Shown here one piece after another: positions 57,680 to 64,000 of a DNA stretch of 64,000 bases. The translations under genes and the position numbers were made by a program. The DNA lies in NCBI GenBank assembly GCA_009694215.1, contig SHVN01000001.1:32943-96942 (forward strand), in the 5' to 3' direction. Source of the DNA: Xanthobacteraceae bacterium. GTDB lineage: Bacteria > Pseudomonadota > Alphaproteobacteria > Rhizobiales > Xanthobacteraceae. The notes below the pieces were generated by a model. That model was not told the origin of the DNA, did no database searches, and was given only the letters and a program-made list of their open reading frames with translations. Numbering within the stretch: position 1 is the first letter of the stretch; each line of letters begins with the position of its first letter.

Positions 57680-58339
57680 GTGCCGAGCGAACGGAAACTA
57701 GATGTCGCAGCCGTCAAGAGCCTGGTGATCGCCGGCTGGACCGGCCGCAATGTCGCGGCGCTGGAGGCGCATATCAAGGAGCTTGAGGCCATCGGCGTGA
57801 AGCGGCCGAAGACCGTGCCGATCTTCTATCGCACGGCATGTTCGCTGTTGAGCACGGCCACGTTCATCGAAGTCATGGCCGATAAGTCCTCGGGCGAGGT
57901 CGAGTTCGTGTTGTTCGCGATGGACGATGGACTCTGGGTCGGCGTTGGCTCCGACCACACCGACCGCAAGGCCGAGACCATCGGCGTCACCCTGTCGAAG
58001 CAGCTCTGCGCCAAGCCGGTCAGCACGACGCTCTGGCGCTACGACGAGGTCAAGCCGCACTGGGACAAGCTGACACTGCGCTCCTATGTGCCGGACGGCG
58101 GCAAGCGAAGGCTCTATCAGGAGGGCCCGGTCACCAACATGCGGTCGCCGGAGGAGCTGATCAAGCTCTACACCGGCGGCGACACGCTTAAAGCCGGCAC
58201 GGCGATGTTCTGCGGTACCTTTGCCGTGCACGGCGACATTTCATATTCGGGCACGTTCGACATGGAGCTGGAAGACCCGGTGCTGGGGCGGAAGCTCACG
58301 CACGGCTATCAGATCGTGTCGCTGCCGGATGAAGGATAA
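57680..58339 (+). CDS. DUF2848 domain-containing protein
   Basis: VIAGWTGR......HI.EL...GV..P..VP.FY, SSGEVE, GSDHTDR..E......SKQLC.KP, YQEG, MFCGT; GGAGG RBS before GTG. Confidence 0.85.
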   Translation: MPSERKLDVAAVKSLVIAGWTGRNVAALEAHIKELEAIGVKRPKTVPIFYRTACSLLSTATFIEVMADKSSGEVEFVLFAMDDGLWVGVGSDHTDRKAETIGVTLSKQLCAKPVSTTLWRYDEVKPHWDKLTLRSYVPDGGKRRLYQEGPVTNMRSPEELIKLYTGGDTLKAGTAMFCGTFAVHGDISYSGTFDMELEDPVLGRKLTHGYQIVSLPDEG

Positions 58340-58351
58340 CAGGAGCGTTCC

Positions 58352-59275
58352 ATGAAAGTCGTCATTCCCGATCTCGTCTCCAACTCGTACTTCCCCGCCA
58401 TCGCCGCGGTGGAGATGGGCTTCTTCAAGCAGGAAGGCCTCGATGCTGAGCTTGAGCTGATCTATCCGGTCGGCAAATGCTACGAGGCGTTGCGGGACGG
58501 CAAGGCCGACTTCGTCGGCGGTTCGTCGCATTCGGCGCCGACGGCATTCCCGGAATGGAACGGCGTGAAATTTCTTGGCGCGCTGGCGCAGCATACCTAT
58601 TGGTTCCTGATCATGCGCTCCGACCTTAAGGTGAAGCGCGGCGACGTCGCCGCCGTGAAGGGCCGCCGGATCGGCGCGGCGCCGCTGATCGATATCGGCC
58701 TGATCGAGCTGCTCAAGGAATACGGCATCGATCCGAAGCGCGACGGCGTGCAGATCGCGCCGCCGCCGATGCCGGCGCAGGCGAGCGTCTCGTTCGGCGT
58801 CAACGCGGCCAAGGCGATGGAGGAGGGCAAGATCGACGGCTTCTGGGCCAACGGCATGGGCGCCGAGGTGGCGGTGCAGCGCGGCATCGGCACGCTGGTG
58901 CTGGACGCGCGGCGCGGCGACGGGCCGGCGAGCCTCAAGGGCTACACCTTCGGCGTGCTGGCCACGCGCGCCGACCTCGTCGAGAAGACGCCGGACAAGG
59001 CCGCCGCCGCGGTGCGGGCTCTGGTCAAGACGCAGAAGGCGCTCAAGGAAGATCCCAAGCGTGCGACCAAGGTCGGCGAGAAGTGGTTCCCGGCGTTCGA
59101 GGCGAGCCTGATCGCCACACTCGTGGAGCGCGACCTGCCGTACTACGACCCGGCGATCTCGAAGGGCTCGTTCGACAGCACGTGCCAGTTCGTGCGGACG
59201 GTAGGGCTGACCAAGGGCCTCGGCAAGTACGAGGACGTGGTGGCGACGCAGTTCGGCAATCTGTGGAAGGCATAG
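58352..59275 (+). CDS. NMT1/NitT-type PBP2-fold protein lacking a signal peptide
   Basis: MKVVIPDLVSNSYFPAIAAVE.GFFK.EGL, LRDG..DFV, KGRRIGA, G.IDGFWANG; 12 nt after the DUF2848 stop, so no room for a leader. Confidence 0.8.
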   Translation: MKVVIPDLVSNSYFPAIAAVEMGFFKQEGLDAELELIYPVGKCYEALRDGKADFVGGSSHSAPTAFPEWNGVKFLGALAQHTYWFLIMRSDLKVKRGDVAAVKGRRIGAAPLIDIGLIELLKEYGIDPKRDGVQIAPPPMPAQASVSFGVNAAKAMEEGKIDGFWANGMGAEVAVQRGIGTLVLDARRGDGPASLKGYTFGVLATRADLVEKTPDKAAAAVRALVKTQKALKEDPKRATKVGEKWFPAFEASLIATLVERDLPYYDPAISKGSFDSTCQFVRTVGLTKGLGKYEDVVATQFGNLWKA

Positions 59276-59297
59276 AGCAAAACGCCCGCCGCCTCGA

Positions 59298-60005
59298 TCA
59301 GAATTTCGCGGTCCGCCTCGGATCGCCCTCCGGCAGCGTCTCGAAACGATCTTGCGTGATCATTCCGAAGCCGAGCACGGTCCTGTGGTGCAGCATCCGC
59401 GGGTTGAACCCCGCGCGCTGGCAGCCCTTCAGGGACGCGATGTTGATATCGCCGACGAACGTCAGCACATGGCGCGCGCCGATGTCCGTGGCGCGCTCTG
59501 CGATCAGCGCCATTGCGGCCGACATGATCCCGAGGCCGCGGTGGCTGGGAGGCGTGTAGGCGTTCTCCAGCAGGGCCTCATGCGCTTCGAGAGCCGGAAA
59601 CCCTTCCAGTCCTCAAATGAATTTGTTGTCCCGGACGCCGAACAGCCATTGCACGTAGCATGGCGTATCGCTGCGCTGGTCGATCGCAACGAAACCTCCG
59701 CGCGCGCCCTGATCGACGAATTTGCGCTGCGTTGCGACCTCGCCCTTCTCGTCGGGTCCGCACTGGGTCATGTCGAAGGAAAACAGCGGCGCCAGATCGC
59801 GGTCTTCGAGTGGCGGCACAGTGATCGGAATCTTGGCGCTGGGCTTCTCAAGCGGCACTGCGAGGTCGCGGCAAAGGCCATACCGGGTGAATTTGAAGCA
59901 CAGCCCGAGTTTCAAGCGGCGGCCCACCCCCGCCCGAATCCTTGCGAGCGTATTGTGAATGGCGGAGTCCGCATCGAGGTGTAGTTGAGCTGCTTCCACC
60001 GACAT
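59298..60005 (-). pseudogene. GNAT N-acetyltransferase with premature stop
   Basis: In-frame TGA at 59613-59615 (DNKFI*GLEGFPALEAHEALLENAYTPPSHRGLGIMS); acetyl-CoA motif RGLG and N.AS.K...RAGF lie downstream of the stop. Confidence 0.8.
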
Positions 60006-60231
60006 GATGAGCCTCGGGAATGTTGTGTGTAGAAAACGCGCTGTGCCGATTTGAAACCCGCCGCGAAACAATGATTGCGGCGCTCCGGAAGTGCCGTGAT
60101 GCGGCGCAGCGGCCCAGAATAATGCTGATCGGCGATTAAAAGGGGGTTTCAGGATACGGTGGCGCCGCACGAGAGCAGGTGCCTCATGCCAATCCCGCCG
60201 ATCATAGTTTCCGGATGGTGAAGCGCCGCAT

Positions 60232-61374
60232 CTACGACACGGACGAACGCACCGCTTGGCTGGCCGTGGCCGGCGCCGCCCGGTCTCCCTGGAGCCGGCG
60301 CAGGCCCGAGCGGACGGTCCCCGCTGCGCGGCGCGCGGCGAGCCGGTCGGCGTCCACGCACAGCGCGGCGCAGCCGGCGATCGAGAGGGGATAAAGCCGC
60401 ACGTTCGCGTACTGCCGAACCTCGACCGGCCACCAGCGATGCCATTGCTCCGTGGTGCCGAGGAACTTGTGTCCGGTCAGGCCGCGCTCGCAGGCATAGC
60501 GCAGCGTCTCGTGGGTGAGCAGGATCCCGGGTGAGCACTTCGCGAAGCGCTCGTCATAAGCGATCTTCAGCTCCCACAGCCTTCCGCTATATTCGACCGC
60601 CAGCCGGGCCACCACGGTTGCGTCGCCGATGCGCAGGAAGAACATGCGCAATATGCCGCGGCGCGCGGCGGCGGCGGCATAGACGGTGCAGAAACGGCGC
60701 ATGCGCGCGTCCTTGGCGAGCGAGGTGCCTTCCCGGCCTTTCCATCCGGCGTCCTTGACCTGGATCAGGTCGGCGAGGTGGCGCTCGACCTCGCCCTCGG
60801 CCGGAGCGAAGGCATCGAAACGGACAGGGCCTTCGCGTTCGGCCGCCTTGCGTCTTTGCCGGGTGGAGGTGCGGCGCTGGCCCGACATCCTGGCCTCGAA
60901 GGATGGCCAATCGGATGCGAGCGGCGCGGACGACGTGGCATTCGCCGCATGCGCCTGGACGAACCGTAGGCCACGCATGCCGCCGGCGGCAAGGCATGCA
61001 AGCTCCGGCGAGCCGGAAGCAAGGCGCGGCAGCATGGCCGGTAGGCGGGATTCCCGCACGGCATTCACGACCGCCGCGAGGGCTGCTTCGTCGTCGTGCA
61101 GGATGGCATTGGGCTCGAAGGTCTGGTGGCCGAGCAGCACAAGGCGGGGCACCGGCCCGCCGCGCTCGACGACGAATGGTGCGACCGCGCGCAGCCGCCC
61201 GCCGTTGCTCACGGTATAGATCGTCAGATCGCAATCCGCTCCGAACGCATCCAGACAGGCGGCGAACCATTCGTGGCGGAGGAGCGGCGTCGGGAAGCGG
61301 TCCGCTAGCCGATTCCATTGGCCTTCGAGCGCCATGAACTCCGAAACGCCGGAAATGACCTGTGCCCGGTCCAT
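60232..61374 (-). CDS. GNAT family, CelD/BcsL-like (Acetyltransf_6) protein
   Basis: W..L......P.L.HEW, GWKG..G, L..LRIG, LKIAYDE.F...SPG.LL; some conserved acidic residues appear as Lys (possible early decay). Confidence 0.8.
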   Translation of the reverse strand: MDRAQVISGVSEFMALEGQWNRLADRFPTPLLRHEWFAACLDAFGADCDLTIYTVSNGGRLRAVAPFVVERGGPVPRLVLLGHQTFEPNAILHDDEAALAAVVNAVRESRLPAMLPRLASGSPELACLAAGGMRGLRFVQAHAANATSSAPLASDWPSFEARMSGQRRTSTRQRRKAAEREGPVRFDAFAPAEGEVERHLADLIQVKDAGWKGREGTSLAKDARMRRFCTVYAAAAARRGILRMFFLRIGDATVVARLAVEYSGRLWELKIAYDERFAKCSPGILLTHETLRYACERGLTGHKFLGTTEQWHRWWPVEVRQYANVRLYPLSIAGCAALCVDADRLAARRAAGTVRSGLRRLQGDRAAPATASQAVRSSVS

Positions 61375-61510
61375 GCGCGATCGTGCTCCGTCTCGCCCGG
61401 TGGCGCGCAATCGACACCCGCGCGATGCAGGGCACTACGGCACATGCAGCCAACCGCTGTGCAAGTAGTTGATTCGCAGCCTACTGGCTACACGCGGCGG
61501 CGCGCGCTTG

Positions 61511-62896
61511 TCATCCCGCCGCGCCGACCAGGTCTCCACGCGCGAACGCATCGCGCGCGACCCAGTTCGCCACGTCGAACAGCGCCGCGTCGCGGTCGGT
61601 CGCACCGAGCAGCTGCAAGCCGAGCGGCAGGCCCTCGTCGTGCAGCAGCGGCAGCGTGAGCGCCGGGCAGCCGAGTAGCGAGGCGGCCACATTCATCGCG
61701 GTGTTCCCGGTCGAGCCCAATCCGACCGGCGCAGCGCCACAGGCGCCGAGCGTCACGAAGGCGTCGTAGCGGTTGGCTGCGGCGGCATAGGTCGCACGGA
61801 TCGTGGCACGGCGTGCGATCATCTCGCCGTATTGGCGCTGCGTCATCGCCTCGGCGACCTTGAGCCGCTCGCGTGCCCCCTGGCTGAGCTTGGTTGCGTC
61901 GAGATCGGCATAGGTGTTGAGCGGCCAGCGTCCCTCCCAGGCATTGATGGCGAGCGTGAAGGGCTGGGCGTCGGCGATCGCCTGCTCGACCGCCTCGATG
62001 GCGGGATCGTCGGTGCGGGTCTTGAGCTCGACGCCGGCCTTGGCCAGCTTTTCCCTCGCGTCGGAGAACGCCTTGCACGCGCCTGCGCTGGTTGCACCCC
62101 AGCCGCCGGTTTTGAGAATGCCGAGACGCACCGGCTTGACGCGCTTGCCGAAATTCACCTCGCCGGTGAGTCCGACAAAGCCCGGGTCGCCGCCGGTGCG
62201 GTCGGCGATGGCGCGCAGCACCGCCCAGGTGTCGGCCAGCGTCGCGCCGATGGCGCCCTGGCAGCTCTGGCTGAAATGATCGTGCGAGCCGCTGCGGTTG
62301 ATCGCGCCGACGCTCGGCTTGAAGCCCACCGCGCCGCAGAAGCTCGATGGCCGCAGGATCGAGCCGACCACCTGCGTGCCGAGCCCCGCCGGCACCATGC
62401 CGGCGCCGACCGCGGCGGACGAGCCGCTCGACGAGCCGCCCGGCGTGCGGCCGGGATCGTGCGGGTTCTGGGTCTTGTGCCAGGGATGGGTGGCGGCGAA
62501 TTCGGTGGTGGTGGTCTTGCCGATGATGATGGCGCCGGCTTCTCGCAGCGCGTGGACGCTGGCCGAGTCGCGATGCGATTCCTGGCCTTCGAACAGCGGC
62601 GAGCCCTGGCCGGTCGGCATGTCGGCGGTCTCGATGATGTCCTTGATCGCGACCGGCATGCCGTCGATTGGCGACAGCGGCTTGCCGGCGCGCCAGCGCG
62701 CGGTCGAGGCGTCTGCCGCCTTGATCGCGCCCTCCCTGTTCAGCTTGACGAAGGCGCCGATGGACGGATCGAGATCGCCGATGCGCTTGAGGCATTCGTC
62801 GAGATAGGCGCGTGGCGTGGTCTTGCCCGCGCGCAGATCGACGGCCAGCGCGACGTAGCCCCGCAGCTTGCTCGCCGCGCTCGTTGCGATGCTCAT
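61511..62896 (-). CDS. Amidase (amidase signature family)
   Basis: True start MSIATSAASK at 62896; G.PVAIKD, GKTTTTEFA, NPHD..RTPGGSSSGS, GTQVVGSILRP. Confidence 0.9.
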   Translation of the reverse strand: MSIATSAASKLRGYVALAVDLRAGKTTPRAYLDECLKRIGDLDPSIGAFVKLNREGAIKAADASTARWRAGKPLSPIDGMPVAIKDIIETADMPTGQGSPLFEGQESHRDSASVHALREAGAIIIGKTTTTEFAATHPWHKTQNPHDPGRTPGGSSSGSSAAVGAGMVPAGLGTQVVGSILRPSSFCGAVGFKPSVGAINRSGSHDHFSQSCQGAIGATLADTWAVLRAIADRTGGDPGFVGLTGEVNFGKRVKPVRLGILKTGGWGATSAGACKAFSDAREKLAKAGVELKTRTDDPAIEAVEQAIADAQPFTLAINAWEGRWPLNTYADLDATKLSQGARERLKVAEAMTQRQYGEMIARRATIRATYAAAANRYDAFVTLGACGAAPVGLGSTGNTAMNVAASLLGCPALTLPLLHDEGLPLGLQLLGATDRDAALFDVANWVARDAFARGDLVGAAG

Positions 62897-63102
62897 GGCC
62901 GCACCGCCGGCGTTTTGATCTTCATCTCGCGTGCCCGCCACATCAGATAGAGTTCCATCTCCACATACTCCGGCGCGCCGTAAGGATAGGCCTCCGCGCG
63001 CATCCCAATCATGCAATTGCGCAGCCGCCGCTGCAATGAGCCGAGACCTTGCCATTCCAGCCGGTAGATCGGATAGCCGGTCGGATGGCCCTACGGCACG
63101 GT
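62893..63102 (-). pseudogene. soxA: 3' remnant of sulfur-oxidation cytochrome SoxA
   Basis: Frame not in ORF track: TVP*GHPTGYPIYRLEWQGLGSLQRRLRNCMIGMRAEAYPYGAPEYVEMELYLMWRAREMKIKTPAVRP*. In-frame TAG 63091-63093; stop overlaps the amidase ATG (ATGA). Confidence 0.85.
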
Positions 63103-63226
63103 CCGCGATCAATCCGAGTTGATGAAGTGGCCGTCCCATGCGGTGGGCACCGCCGCGATTGTGTTGGGTTACGAGCGATTTTTTGCCAATGCCGCGCTGC
63201 AACAATGGCGATAGTGGCAGATCAGC

Positions 63227-64000
63227 CTAATTTTCAGGCTTCTCGGAGTCGCGCACGGGTGTCTCCGGCGTCAATCCGCCGCGCTTTTGCGCGAAGGTTT
63301 CCTTGCCGCTTTGTTCCCATGCGCCGACGACCGCGCGCTTGGCGTAGGTCTCCCAGGTGTCGTTCCAGTCGCCGAGCGTGTAGCCGTGCCACGGCGGCTG
63401 CGGCGACAGCGCCGGCAGGCCGAGCTCGTCCCATATCGTGCGGGCGCGATCCATGAACTCACGGGTGGGCAAAGCGAGCGGCGGAAACGCCTGCTTGAGT
63501 GTGGCGTCGATCAGCATCGAGGAATCGTTGGGCACGCGGCCGGACTTCGGCCCGTGGCCGCTCGAGCGATGCGGCACGATGTGCACGTCATCGACCGGAT
63601 TGGCGCGATAGGCCATCGACCAGAACACCGCGTTGGTGTTGGTCGGGTCGATGTCGTCCGACACCGCGACGACGATCTTGCCGCAATCGGCGCGCAAGCC
63701 CGACGCGGCGTGCAGCCCGCGCCAGACCTCGGTGCGCGGCGCGCCTTGCGCGTATTTCAGGAAGATCACTGGTCGCACGTTGGACAGCGGCTCGTGCAGC
63801 GACACCGCGCGGATACCCTTGATGCCGAGTTGGTCGCGCAGGTGCGACAGGAACATGGGCTCGTAGGCGACCTTCTTGATGACGCTCGATTCGCTCGGCG
63901 TGACCTGGCTGATGATCGAGACGAACACCGGCTTCTTCTTGTGGGTGATCGCCGTCACCTGCATCGACATGTTGAAGTCTTCGAGCGCGATGTAGCCGTG
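63227..64000 (-). CDS. UbiD family prFMN-dependent decarboxylase (partial; 5' part outside window)
   Basis: Open to window edge: HGYIALEDFN..MQVTAITH, PSES, K.VVAV..DIDP....V.W....R.NP..D, LIDATLK. Confidence 0.85.
   Translation of the reverse strand, partial: HGYIALEDFNMSMQVTAITHKKKPVFVSIISQVTPSESSVIKKVAYEPMFLSHLRDQLGIKGIRAVSLHEPLSNVRPVIFLKYAQGAPRTEVWRGLHAASGLRADCGKIVVAVSDDIDPTNTNAVFWSMAYRANPVDDVHIVPHRSSGHGPKSGRVPNDSSMLIDATLKQAFPPLALPTREFMDRARTIWDELGLPALSPQPPWHGYTLGDWNDTWETYAKRAVVGAWEQSGKETFAQKRGGLTPETPVRDSEKPEN

Noticed and set aside
59613-59615. TGA/TAG in-frame stops as selenocysteine/pyrrolysine or recoding
   Set aside because: Positions are not catalytic Cys/Lys sites, no SECIS-like hairpin is evident, and many other lesions nearby make decay the simpler explanation.
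63174-63189. Sigma54-like TTGGC-AAAAAA-TCGC on the minus strand
   Set aside because: GG-to-GC spacing is 9 nt rather than the obligatory 10.
62897-63205. 102-aa N-terminal extension of the amidase
   Set aside because: Explained by the soxA remnant in another frame; the amidase start is 62896.

Overview
GC-rich alphaproteobacterial chromosomal DNA (Hyphomicrobiales; Xanthobacteraceae/Nitrobacteraceae-like gene content and repeats). It is almost entirely devoted to uptake and catabolism of small organic molecules. Transport genes: 6 intact Bug/TctC receptors plus 2 broken ones, three NitT/TauT-type ABC membrane/ATPase sets, one Fe3+/polyamine-type ABC system, several NMT1-type binding proteins and a NodT-MdtABC RND pump. 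Orphan enzymes: 2 ThDP enzymes, 2 LLM monooxygenases, a TarD-like enolase, an ICL/PEP-mutase, a TcuA-like flavoprotein, a cyclase, TauD, a MetE-II, a PhtD-like protein, an FAH, DUF2848, an amidase and UbiD. Over this lies a dense layer of decay that the ORF track hides: a globin-coupled chemoreceptor with at least 4 lesions, PilZ and DUF6569 stumps, a frameshifted Bug, an internally deleted binding protein, a PhtD remnant, a GNAT with a nonsense codon, and a soxA 3' end still translationally coupled to the amidase. A lower-GC tauD-bug islet is bracketed by IS5 and IS3 remnants. Three families of palindromic repeats (6 copies), a candidate structured RNA and a candidate sigma-EcfG promoter are present. 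I recognised no rRNA, tRNA, CRISPR array, intact transposase or DNA-binding transcription factor. The best candidates for undescribed systems are metabolic: a divergent TarD/ICL-family acid pathway, signal-peptide-less PBP-fold proteins linked to transporters, and a DUF2848/hydrolase/ABC unit. All family calls come from motif recognition, not database searches.
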